Shown in pieces: positions 25,801 through 39,057 of a stretch of DNA of 62,682 nt. The stretch spans positions 1 through 62,682 of the forward strand of contig KZ538549.1 in assembly GCA_000934665.2 (NCBI GenBank). The letters are read 5' to 3'. Numbering within the stretch: the stretch's first letter is position 1; every line of letters starts with the position of its first letter. The notes beneath the pieces were generated by a model. That model made no database searches. It was not told the DNA's origin and worked only from the letters and a program-made list of their open reading frames with translations. This stretch comes from Catajapyx aquilonaris. Lineage: Eukaryota. The translations under genes were made by a program, and so were the position numbers.

Positions 25801-27217
25801 CCCTCTGAGCCTCCTGCAGAGGTCCATGCCCACCACCCAAGCATGCTCCACCTCGCCGTCCTGCCCTCTGTTGATGACCAGAGCGTGGCAAAGAGATTAC
25901 TCACTTGTGTACTTGCATCACTCAGGGCTAATGGTAATAGCTACATTTCATTAGCAGCAGTTTAGCTGACAGAAGGCATGTGCATGACATGATAACTTAA
26001 GAGTGGTAACTGTAGAGTTGTCTTGCCTTGGATATGATAATACATGTATTACGGTGTCTAATGCAAGACATGACAACCATGTAGCTCCTCTGGGTTTTAC
26101 CTGCCTCAGTTATCAAGTTTGGGATGCAGAGGGATTCACAGATAAGGTGCTGGGTCAGGGTTGCCTTTTGAGTCTGGGTGCAGAGTAGTACTTGCTTGTC
26201 ACCAAGTTTTTTTGCCTACTGTTGCAGTGATATCTACTCTATGTACCATGCAGGTCACAGACATGGAAATCTTTATGATATGTGAATATCGGGAGTAAAT
26301 GCCTTCACAATAGTTTACTCCCTGATACATAGCTCATCTTCATACTCTTATGCAAACCAGTAAATCTTGTACCCTGGTTACTGGAATGAGTGAAGACAGT
26401 AATGTCAATCAATGATAATGATAAGCTGATGGCATAAACAGTAGTAGCGAGTGAGACCTGAGAATAGTTTGTAAAACCCAATGCAATTCCCAATTTTTTT
26501 CGTTGCCGGCCCCAGAAAATCATTGCATAAAATTCACGACCCCTAATTGCCAATTCAACCCTACCCCCTCAGCAGTAGTCAATGACAATAGACACTAAAT
26601 TAGCACATCTTGTCATTTATGGACATATTTTTCCAGAGATATACTGTAGAATAATTTGGTAAAAAATACTTTGTTACCCTGAAAAGTGACCAGCACATTA
26701 TGCACAACCAGGAAACATGAAAATGCCATGAGAATGATTGTAGATGAAAAGTGATAACTATGGACACAAAGCTTGGGTCCCAAACTGTAGGTTGTGACCT
26801 CAAATATGTTGTTCGAGACTCCATTTGGGGTCACAACCCACAGTTTGGGAAGTCCTGGTCTAGGTGGTTGCCCCAAAGCTCCAAGCTTTGTGTCCATAGT
26901 TATCACTTTTCATCTCGATCATTCTCATGGCATTTTCATGTTTCCCGGTTGTGCATAATGTGCTGGTGACTTTTCAGATATCTGTCTAGTCATTGCCTTT
27001 AGTTGGAACAACTGGGAGCTCGACTAGTGATAATCCGTATGAATTGTTTGACTTTGGCTAACGTAATAACACTGGCTTCATTGCAGGTTCATTTGGCTGC
27101 TACGTTGAAGCTGCCACAGGGGACAAGTACGCTTTAGACATGTACGGGAAGCTGGGATTTGCAGAGCTGGATGGGGTCCGAACCAAAGATGTCACCTTCT
27201 TGGGACGGACCTTTTGA
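16840..27217 (+). CDS. Oga: Protein O-GlcNAcase (GH84, stalk, C-terminal HAT-like domain), about 986 aa
   Basis: Exons 16840-16924, 17257-17642, 18377-19228, 21289-21580, 21830-22200, 23036-23210, 23763-23816, 24937-25022, 25084-25256, 25578-25933, 27087-27217, all GT-AG and phase-consistent. Motifs [19 protein letters not shown], catalytic [28 protein letters not shown]. Confidence 0.95.
22404..22949. mobile_element. Tc1/mariner-type fold-back MITE in an Oga intron
   Basis: TA-CAGGGTG...CACCCTG-TA ends; arms of about 190 bp (22404-22593 / 22761-22949) are imperfect reverse complements. Confidence 0.85.
26679..26977. repeat. Nested inverted repeats in the last Oga intron
   Basis: Outer arms of about 97 bp (26679-26776 / 26881-26977) enclose an inner hairpin TCCCAAACTGTAGGTTGTGACCTCAAAT / ATTTGGGGTCACAACCCACAGTTTGGGA (26778-26850) resembling a hAT-type MITE. 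Confidence 0.8.
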
Positions 27218-28034
27218 GAATGGCGTTTAAAAAAACATCAAGTGATCATGTGTCAAAATAATGGTATGGGTCAAATGGGGAGAAGTAACTCAATTTTCAT
27301 CTCTTTTATAAAGTAACTACAATTTGAGACTATTGTACAAAAGAGACAATGTATTGAATTATTAAACGATGCCTCCTAAGACAGTCTTTTTATTATCATT
27401 GTTGTTATTATTTCTTACCATATTTTTAGTGCATCAAGTGGCATGAAGTGGGAGTGACAGCAAGCTGGCCAGCTGGTGTAAAATGTAATGTTAGCCCTTG
27501 AGCGGCCCTCAGATGGGCCGGTGAGTCGACACATCTGATGCGTGTTCTAGGAACTTACTAAGTGTTTACTGACAGCACAGATAGAAGGGCTGTCAGTCCG
27601 GTTGCCTCTATCAACTCGCCTACTGCTTTCTTCATTGACGAGTATTTATTCCCAATTTAAATCACTTTTCTTTAAATACGCGATTTGCGAAAAGTGCCAC
27701 ATTTTTTTGGAAAAGTACCATAATTTCAGTGGGTTGGTACCATAACATCGATGCTGCAATCTGCCAAGCAAGGTGCACCTCTAACTATGAACGTAATCAG
27801 TCACCCCTGGTATAGGGGGTGCGACAAGGTCCAACTGTCTTCAAAGGGGTGCGGAGGCCTGAAAAGGTTAAGAACCACTGGCTTAAGCGGATAAATAGTT
27901 GCGGGTGAAACGTGCAATATTGTGTTGATGCTTCACAACAGAACATGCAGTTTTGTACCTGAATGCACTGCTGATATGTAGCATTGTGTTACAGTACACC
28001 TGACAATCTGTGTGCATCAGTCCCTATCACCTCT

Positions 28035-28041
28035 TATAAAA
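28035..28041 (+). promoter_or_regulatory. TATA box candidate of the trypsin-like gene
   Basis: TATAAAA about 120 bp upstream of the signal-peptide ATG. Confidence 0.5.
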
Positions 28042-28065
28042 CTGTCAACCAGTAGCACTGATTAG

Positions 28066-29189
<1,124 letters not shown>

Positions 29190-29715
29190 TAACCATGAAA
29201 TGTGTACTTCCGACTTGCAACTTGGAGTAAAGCTAAAATCAATGAATTAAATTACATCACACCGAACTGGATGTACAAGGTGATAATTATCACAATATGA
29301 TTATAAACAATCAAGAATTATCAAAAAAATTTATGAAATTACACATCAATTCAATAAACTTGTCTTAATTTCTGCATTTACATCTTTGCATATTACCTCT
29401 CCTAAAATCATGTCTCAATATCTATCAGTGTATTCCATTCAGTCCCTGCAGATGCAAGAAAAAACATTGGACTCTATAAGCAGTAGACATTTATTACAAC
29501 AGTTAATGTAACCTCAGTCATATAATTTTATATATTGGTATAAAAATGGGTGCCAGATATTCACAAATCCAACCCAACCAATTTGCATGGGCTAGCTTAC
29601 ATCCCAAATATAAAGTTTGCATTTGAAGGAGAATAAATGTGGCGAGAGGGAAAATATGACTCACACTCATACCAAACCAATTGATGTGTTTGCTGGTCAT
29701 AGCAAAACGAGTCCC

Positions 29716-32700
29716 TCATGAAATGGAAGAGAAGTCATGTAGAACATGATGGAGATCAAGAGAAGCAAAGTCAATGGATTGTCGAGTGGAAGCTGCGATG
29801 GCGCGAACCATACCAGTGAAGAAGGCAGAGTAGCGGGGCTTTTCTGCATACCTCTCATACTGGTCCAAGCTATCCTGCAACTTCAGAGTCAGGCTGTCAT
29901 AGTTGCTCTTCACCACATCGAGGATCTGAAACCGGAAATGGTTTTCCAATGCCCAAATATGGATTTAAAATGTGAAACAAATAAGAATAAGTGCACTACC
30001 TGTTCTTCACTGGGTGTTGAGAGGCTTTGGCTCGACAACCATGCATCTATTTTTGGCGAGAAGTGGTTGATTATAGCCCTGTAAAATATTCCAAATTGAA
30101 TGGCTGTATTATAATGACATGTTTTTTCTGAATAATCGATAATAATCAAGTAATGCAAAGGAGCTTACTATTAGTTTTAAGACAAATTCTTGGCAAGAAA
30201 TGTAAAAACAATATTTGAAAAAAATAACAATAAGCAAATATGAATGACCTAAGTTAAAATAAGAGTTTGGCCCTTTGGCAAGTGACGTCTTCAATTGTAT
30301 TGAGGTAATCTTTGTAATTGCTATGCCAGCTGTACAGTACAAGTTGTCAGTGGACATCAATACACACCTGATGTTGACTAGACTATTTGTGAGCTTCAGA
30401 GCACCTTCCTTAAACTCTCCATCATTTGTTGAATATCTCAGTGCTGAAAATAAGCACAAGCAGTGATTATCACTTACACTCAATTGATTTAGCATCTTAC
30501 ATAGCATATTTCAAGCTTGAAAGTTGAAAACATACAATGCTGCACAATTGCATTGTTTCCTGTAGTTATCAGATCATTGTGGTTTTAACACAAATCTATC
30601 AATAGTCTATTCATCTACATAAATTCCAAGTACTTTTCTTTTAATTGACTCATACCAAGGGTGGGAAAAGAATACAGTCTACTTGACTGGCAGGCACTAG
30701 AGCAACAAATTTAAGCAACAGCCACACAAAAAAAAAAACTTGCCTTTCAAAGGGCAGCATAATGATGAAAAGGATATTTTTCACAATAGTGGGCCTTATT
30801 ATGTGATTAAGTAGGTGGCAATTGAAAGGATCCTTCTGCTCCTTCTGCTCTGCCGTTAATGTAAGAAGACCGTAACTCAAAAACTAGTACGGGCGAAAGT
30901 CGCATGCATGCCCTGCACTAATCCACCCTGACTCAGAGGGGATTAGTGCAGGGCGTGCATGCGACTTTCGCCCTTACTAATTTTTGAGTTACGGTCTTCT
31001 TTCTTCTGACGGTAGTGCTGTGTGTCACAATAATTTTAGCTGAAGTTGTTCCTAATAATTTTAGATGAGAAAAGTGTGTGAAATATTTAAAATTTCACCT
31101 ATTCTCTGAGAGCTTGGCCAGCACACTTGATCCAAGGACTATAACACAACAATATTGGTGGGTTTAACCTCTGTGCTAAAGTTAGCAGAAGAGTTAATAA
31201 AAGGCAACCATGAAAATTCTTGAAAAGCTTTTGGCACTATATCCAATAAGCAGAACCCCACAGCCTGGGACTTGGCAGAAGGATGAAAAATCCAACGCTT
31301 GCATTGATTTAATCTTGAAATAAGGACTTTCGGCCCAAAGATAATAGTACTGTGTGAAATGTAACAACAGGGTGCAGCCCTTTTTAGGGAGCTCGGCTCC
31401 AAAAGGAGGTAATAAAAAAACAAATTCACACACAAAACATGATGGTATTCAATGCAAGCAAAGTGCCCTAGATGTCTTTTCAAGACTGCCATGAAGATGA
31501 CTCACCCATGGAGTAAAGATTGTCAAAAACCTGATGTACTCTGACAATCTCATAATAGAGCTCATCATATGCTGCAGGGGAAGGCAGGAAGGTGTCCCCA
31601 TAAGTGACAAACAGGTTGAAGAGATTGATGACTGAAGTGGCCAGTGGGAAGACATCCATGTGCCGAGTTAGTCCCACTTCATTGGCTAGCACAAATTTAA
31701 GGAGAGCAACCAAGGCAGTCCACAGTTGACGCCACTCATAGCCCAGACGCACTCGGCTCTTCTTCTGATAGCATAATACTCTCTGGACTATTCCAATGCT
31801 GTGCAGGTACAGCTCCAGGGGAAGTTTCTTCAGCATGTGGCTCAAGACAAACTCCACCATCAGGTCTGGTGGAGAGATGATATGTGACTAACAGGGCAAA
31901 TCATAAAACTGGACACATTAAAAATATTACCACAAAACAGGTAGGCTCTTCTGACAAGATGCCAAATGCACCAAACACACAATCCCTATCCATTTAAGTT
32001 ACTGGCATTAACAACCAATCTTTGATGAATACTGACTTTAATTCTTCACAAATTATAATACTGTACGAGGGCCATAATAAAATGATTCCCACTTCATTTT
32101 TTTGTCACAAATACAGGGCCCTTGCAGGTTGGCAGATAGGCACACATTATCAATAGAATCTTCCTGGAGCCGAATGAATATGAGTCGTGAGTGTGTCACT
32201 CTCCTGGAACAAGTTTTTGGTGGTGAGGTGCACCGACTTCCGAACAACGTCTTGCAGTCAACAATGTCCTTGAAATGGCACTGGAGAAGTTGNCCCCCCC
32301 CCCCCCCCCACCCCCTTTCCCCATGGATCTGAACAGGTAAAAGTCACCTGGGTCAAAGCTGGGGGAGTATGGCTGGCGTGGAAGTACCCAAAGCCGCATT
32401 ATGGAAAAAATGCCTTCGCCAATGCCATTTCAAGGACATTGTTGACAGTTGTTGACTGTAAGCAGTTGTCCGGCAGTGGGTGTGTCGCACCTCCAAAACA
32501 TGGTTCCTGGATGGCCTGGATGATGCCGGTGCCTTTGGCTCCAGGAGGATTCTATTGATAATGTGTGCCTATTTGCCAACTTGCAAGGGCCCTGTATTTG
32601 TGGCAAAAAAAAATAAAGTGCAGATCATTTTAGTACGGCCCTCGTAGTAACATCTAAGATCAGTGAATGTAGTTGCAACATACATTCTCTGAGCTAAACA

Positions 32701-35700
32701 CAAGGAGACGATGCCTCACCTAGCAGTGCACATGCCAGTGGCCTAGAAGGTGACAGATGTGCTGGGACCAATTTCCTGTGTCTCATTGGCATACGGTGCA
32801 ACCTGACCCGGAAGGCCAAGTTGGGATCATGCATTAGGGAATTTGCATATTGGTCCTCTGCCACACAAGTCAGTATGAAGAAGCACAACTGAACTGTGGA
32901 AGAGCTGGCCTCAGACTTGGTGTCCTGCATGACTATGGAGCAGTATTCTAGGAAGGTCACCAAGAGGTTGCAGGGTTGGGCATTCAGGTCTGCTGCTGAC
33001 TCTGTTGTGGTGGGTGTTATAACGGCATTGTTGGGAGCATTGTTGCCTCCAAGGGTGGATGTGTTCAGGTCAAACCCACTGGTGGCTGGGGAGGGTGTTG
33101 TGGATGTGTCTGGCTGGGTCGTCGCCAGAGTTGTTATGAAATTGCGATTTAAGTGGACAGCCTCGTACAAGACCATCAGCATTGCATCATTCGCACTGAA
33201 AGTGATTTTGGAAATGGTTTCATTTCAATGCTAATGTGAAACCCCCACAATACAGCTATTATAAGCGAAAGTCAGAGATAGAGAGCCATGTTTAAAGTAA
33301 AACTGTTTCTGCGCATCTAACAGTAAGTGCAATATGTGAGAGGAGCATGTATTCTATTCCTGAAATCATAAAATAAGGATTTGATTTTGAATGTACGCAT
33401 AAATGGACATTTGAGCATTACATCACATTTGGTCCATATCACATGCAGCCATACTCTTCATCCCAATTGTTTTTAAAATAACGTACTATAATTTTTACTG
33501 TGTGAGAAGTTCTACATGCTGCAAAAGGCTCATTCACACGAGCGACCTTCAACCAGGGGGTTTCCTGGCCAAAGGTCGCCAAGACCGTTCACACGCTAGT
33601 GGCCAGGTTCGGCCAGGAAGCGAAGGTTGCCACCCGAGCCAGGAAAAGCTGGCCGAGCTGGCCATGCTCCAGAAGATGGCCAGCCATGGCCAGCCATGGT
33701 TGAAAGGAGTAACGCATGCGCAGTAGCGGCCCTCTCAAGCGCCTCGTGATGCTCACTTGTCCCCCAACAACGTCGCTCGTGTGAACCGTTATTTTCGATT
33801 CTTGGCCAAGTGCTGGCCACGTTTCCGTATTGGCCAGGAATTCCTGGCCAAGGGTCGCTCGTGTGAATAAGCCTACAAGTTCAAGTAGATACACAAACTT
33901 CAAAATAAATGCCTCACCGAAGTCTCTCATTCCTCCCACAGTTGTCATCTGATACGAACATGCTCCCAACCATGCTGGTGAGTGAAGACAACCAACTAGC
34001 AGATGGTGGGTCCTGATGCTGTGAGGCAAACCTCATGCAAAAGTCACTGAGGGCTGCTGTTATGACCTGGCTGAGTCCATTTAGTGCTAGCTCATCATCC
34101 AGTATAGATAGTTTCACCACATATGGGTTGGCTGCCTCTTGCTTCCGGTAGTTGGCCAGCAACATCAATGCAACAGCAGAATCATGCCCATGCTGCAACC
34201 GGCCAGCTGGGGTGCACACCAGTTGGACCAAAGCCTCGAACACACTATTCATCATCAGGTACTCCAGCAGGGTGTTCTGGCTAACATTCTCAGTCCCAGT
34301 AGTTATCACTAGCAGTAGTTTCAGACACAGGGCCTTCAGGCTGTCAGGGTAATCACCTAGAAGGAGAATGTTTTGGACTTTCACTGTACCTGACAACTGA
34401 ATCCCAAACTTGGAAATTATTACTGCTATCAAAATGGTCAACATTGTCAACAGAATTTCACCTGCCTGCCTTATTCATAAATTAATGTCATCAAACTCGT
34501 GGCCCCTACTCAGGAGACCAAATTACTACAAGAGTGCTGGCACCCTTAGTAAAATTTATCTGGCCAGATTTTGGCTACATGCCAACTTTATATGGTGCTA
34601 AGTATTTCCTTAACTTATCTATGTCTAGAAATCCAAAGTTAGGCACATTTTGTTCCTTCAAATTCACAGAGGTTACTCATTAACACTATATTGTGTGCCA
34701 ATTTTAAATCCAAAGACTTTCTCGTAATAATCACCAGGAACATTACTTTGGGGAGTAACCCTGATTTTGGGAACCCCTATTATGTGGCTGAATTAAATGA
34801 GGTGCTTACTGATGCACAATTATCTTACCATTAATTTTTCCTCTTGCAATATGACTATTCTTAGCATTACTGGCGATATCACATGCTAATAAGCTTTTTC
34901 TTTCATTATGGTCATGGAACATTTTACTATGCCAGATGTGTGCACCAACTTTTTCATTTGTAGTGTGGCATTCAGTACCATATCAACTGGTGGTGGTGTG
35001 GTGAATTAATATAGGCTACTGTGCAATTCATAATTAAGTGCACATCTTGTGAAATTGGAGCTCTGATCCCATGAGGTCACATACAGGTTGTGGTCCAGTA
35101 ATACACAGGTTGACCACAACCTATTTATTAGAACCAACCTCTACTGAGGTTGCTTTACAAAAAATTCATATTTAATTGTTAATATACTAGGACACTGATG
35201 GGGTATCTCTAGCATAGCACTTACAATTATTAGACTCAACACAATGGCTATTTCACCCTGAAATTTTACCAGTGAGAAATCTGCAGCAGTGGTCCAACAG
35301 AAGCCTCATCTGGTATTCTGCTGCATCAAAACCCATAAGGATATCGATCACATCATATCCAAAGTCACCAGATGTCTTTTTGTAAACACTCTGGATCAGT
35401 GCACACAGTGTCTGAAAGCAAAGGCAGTGGATGTAAATTACTGGGATGTGCAACTATTGCCCTAGATTTCGAAACTTCATAAACAATCCAATATTAGCAG
35501 TACTGCCTACTAACCTGCAGAGCATAGACTACTCGTATGTTATGCTCATGTCCCAGTGTGTGCACGCACTGAGCAAATAACTGGTTGAGATTGGGTTTGA
35601 GTGCAGCCAGTTGTTCTCCACTAGGCTTCATGACTTCAGCCTCCAGCTGGCCCACCTTCGGTTTCAGGAGGAAGAATTCCTCCCAGAAATTGGGGTTCCC

Positions 35701-35802
35701 TGCAGAAGGATCTTCTCCTCGAAAGAAGCATTCGTAGATCTGGACCACCTTTTCTTTCATCTGCCGTTTTGACCCAGAACCGCTTCTCTTTCTGGTTGCC
35801 AT
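29716..35802 (-). CDS. ARMH3: Armadillo-like helical domain-containing protein 3 (C10orf76/UPF0668), about 689 aa
   Basis: Exons 35802-35515, 35411-35270, 34356-33918, 33195-32720, 31865-31506, 30443-30368, 30078-30000, 29925-29716. Recognisable [14 protein letters not shown]....[39 protein letters not shown] [29 protein letters not shown]. Confidence 0.92.
30863..31001. repeat. Long hairpin (62-bp arms), probable small pogo-like MITE
   Basis: Arms 30863-30924 / 30940-31001 with 3 mismatches; degenerate outer ends TGCCGTTA (30851) ... TGACGGTA (to 31014). Confidence 0.8.
32066..32644. mobile_element. Mariner-derived fold-back MITE with transposase remnant
   Basis: TA-CGAGGG...CCCTCG-TA; inverted arms of about 225 bp; central minus-strand [22 protein letters not shown] matches the mariner YSPDLAPxDxxLF motif. 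Confidence 0.88.
33527..33873. mobile_element. PIF/Harbinger-like MITE
   Basis: TIR GGCTCATTCACACGAGCGACC / GGTCGCTCGTGTGAATAAGCC; internal TTCACACG and TGGCCA repeats; TSD not preserved. Confidence 0.7.
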
Positions 35803-37164
35803 TTTTGTGCTAATTAAAAGCATGAACATTAATAAAATGTTAGTTTGCATCATTAATATGTTAATTAAATGGAAGTGTGTACATCAATCTCCAAATTCCC
35901 TGCTTCATTTTTTATTTTTTCCCCTTTTTTATTACCTTCAAAGTTTTGAACATTTCAAGTGAACTTTTCTGGCTGTCACCTTGAAAGTTGCAGTTTATAA
36001 CAATGGATACCCCATGATAGGCCTCCTTGAAAGTGGCAGTTTATCTACACCATAATGCTGCAAGTGTAGGCTCAGGCACGGGCATACCAGAAGGGTCACA
36101 ATGCTCGAGTTACACGGTGGTATGGCAATCAAATGTTCCATAACCTTTTACTTGGTGTACCACTGGATGACACCCACATCTTGGGAGATGCATAGACCAG
36201 GTGACACATCACAAGGGTAGCATAATATATGTGTAGTTAGATATTACAGCCAGTATGTCGATTCCAGCCCCATGTCACTCCTACGATATGGTACTTTAAT
36301 ATTATAAAAGCCTCTCCCAGAGCTGGAATTTGGCGCTGATGCACCCCCACAGGAAGCTACCGCTGCCAGCCACCCGAACCCTAGTCTGCAAACGCCCTCC
36401 GAGGAAAGGACGGTTTGGGTTGGTTCCGAAGGCGTCCAACCAGGGGGACAAGGGGGTGGTCGAGTCTTTTGAATAACATGGCAACACAGGGCACACTCAG
36501 GCTATACTCAGCCACTAGAGTTAAATAATTGTTGTAATGTTCAGTTTTTACCATGTAACTTTTTCAATGACAATAAAATCATATAAATAACCATGCGACT
36601 GATTCTAGCAGCTAACAGCATGTGATGTACTATATCGCTCAAAAACATAAGAGACGATTTTGAGCGATATTGTACACATCGGCATAGCTTTTTGCGCAAG
36701 CACTGCTTGCTGACCCATCAAACCCACAAACTCCTGGTCATCAAGTGCATGATATAACCATTTTTATGTCACAACAAGAGGACTCACTGTCCACACAGTG
36801 AATATGTCATTTTAAAATATAAAAATATTTCCTGGCAGCTCCCTGACCCTACAGCAGCCTGGTGTGACCAACTCCGACTGACACAATAAGGTGGATGAGG
36901 TCAGAGGTCAAACCCAGCACAGAGCCATTATTACCTCGGGACTGTTCAGGCTTCTTGCAGGGACCACCACTGACCGGCGAGAGAGGACAAGGGGACTGGG
37001 ACTGGGCAGCAGCTGCAGCCGGGTGGACGGTTAATTAGACCGATGCCGACTGAAGAAGGGCAAAGGAGGAGGCCTTTCATCCGCCACACCAGACTCACTT
37101 GGCCACCACTCTATTGCCACTTGCCAGTCAGACCAGCCAGCCAGCCTTTTGAGCCGTCGATTAC

Positions 37165-37230
37165 CTTATGATCATTCTTGTCAACGGGGATTGCTCATGG
37201 CTCGGAGGACGCCATGTTTGATTTAGTCGA
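37165..37230 (-). other. Probable first (5') exon of ARMH3
   Basis: Donor AG|GTAATC at 37165/37164; AACATGGCG (YY1/Pho-like) motif; acceptor TTAATTAG 7 nt upstream of the ARMH3 ATG shows an upstream exon is likely. Confidence 0.55.
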
Positions 37231-39057
37231 AAGTGGAGGCGCCTGAAATGAACTTGCCAAATATTATTATCAAGTAACAGAACTGTGTCTACTCCGTGGT
37301 CTACTCTGAGTCCTGAACATACAGCATGCTAAATACGTAAATTAATGTCATTAGAGTGCCAAAATATTGTTCATGACTGATGTTTTTCGCTCACATCATT
37401 GCGACTGCGGCGGAGAACACAGGTGACTTATTTGCCCTTGGCAGGTATAGGTTCATGGCTGTACATGTTTTCCCTTCTTACTCAAGATGATTCTGGTTGT
37501 TTGCTGAGAAAAGTCTCTTATTCACACACTTGTGCAATAATGTGCTGTGCATATGTGGAGATGTGGTAAAACACATACTCGATGCATGCAAAATGCAAAT
37601 GATTCTTGGGACATTATTTCACACATTGTGGGCACTTACGTCGACTTTTCTGACATCAGCACGGTTAATATTGCAGGTAATGATTTATTTTGTGACGAGG
37701 TTTTACAGTATATATTACGACACAGGACTCAATATGTAACAATTACTGGTCCATGACGGAAATTTTTGTTAGTTTTGTACCAAGCATATTGCCCAGTAAT
37801 CATTGATGGCTAATATGAAAGAGAAGGCAAATAAAATTCACACATTAAGTCTATAACACACTTTAATGGGCTTTAACATAATTGTCATGGACAAGAAGAG
37901 GTAGAACATATTCATTCAAGGCCTTAGTCTGGAAACAGGAGTTAACTGCTTATCTGGGTAGCTTGTTGTTTACATCTATAACATTTTTGATAATTTTCCA
38001 TGGCGGTTACCCAGTGAGCGAGTTACCTTCTGTGTCCAGAGCAGAGCCCTTAGAGTGGCCTCTGTGACAGTATACATAACTTATGCTGCATTCAAGGTTG
38101 GACATGCTTATGTAGTTGGCTGTCGAGAGAGCATTTTTTTTGATTGAAAATAATGAGCTTCACAGCCCTGTAACTGGTACTGAATAGTGATCCTATCCAA
38201 TGTAAGAGGCATCGCTTTTTAAAATGAACAAATACTTATATCATTTCATATGCTACCTTGTAAATAAATAATGGTCGGACACAACACTGGAGCATAAAAA
38301 CATGAAAACTATGTGAGCAATATTCTCGTGTTATTTTGGAAATTAAGATTTCTTTTGAACAAATATTCAGTTTAGCGAACACCTTGGCGAACACTTTCTC
38401 TTTGCAACATGACAATTGCATTTTTGATATTATCCTGTAATTTTATACCATCGGACACAAAGAAAAAAAGTTCCTTCCATGATTTAAAAATTGTAACAAT
38501 AATATTGTGCTTAACAACAAATGAACATGCCATCATTCTCATTATACAGAAGGTACCCTGCGGGAAGGTGTCTCTATTGGGAAGTACCTGCTATGAGCAG
38601 AAGAAGAGCTTGCAGGCTTAATAAGTACAACTGGCCTTGTCTTGAAACTACATACGTATCATCAGTGACTGATTAAGGCAAGAATATTATTATTCTTTTC
38701 AGGTTTATTTGAAGACCTGCCCATGCCCATTGAACTGGACTCTCAAAATTTCGGATAAACAATAATGCCAGACGAGCTCATGAAGATACCGGTAACGATC
38801 GGGTGTAACAGGATAAGTTCGCCTATTATGTTCTTCATCGGTTCTTCCAATTGTTACATATAGGCTTACTGTGCAAAGTTCTACTCTCGTTAGTAATTCA
38901 TATGACTACTGAGATTTAGAACAATTTTTTGAAGGGAGAGGAAGGTCGTAGAAAGGGGCATGTATAATTGAGGAATATTCATGAATGTCTCTTCGAAAGA
39001 TTCGCACCGTGACATTTTGCGATGTCCTGCGGTGCAGTCACGGACTGACCAGACTTG

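Noticed and set aside
27800..27880. hAT-like end AAAAGGTTAAGAACCACTG
   Set aside because: Solo terminus without partner TIR or TSD.
36624..36680. Short hairpin ATATCGCTCAAAA / TTTTGAGCGATAT
   Set aside because: Too short to assign; probably a MITE remnant.
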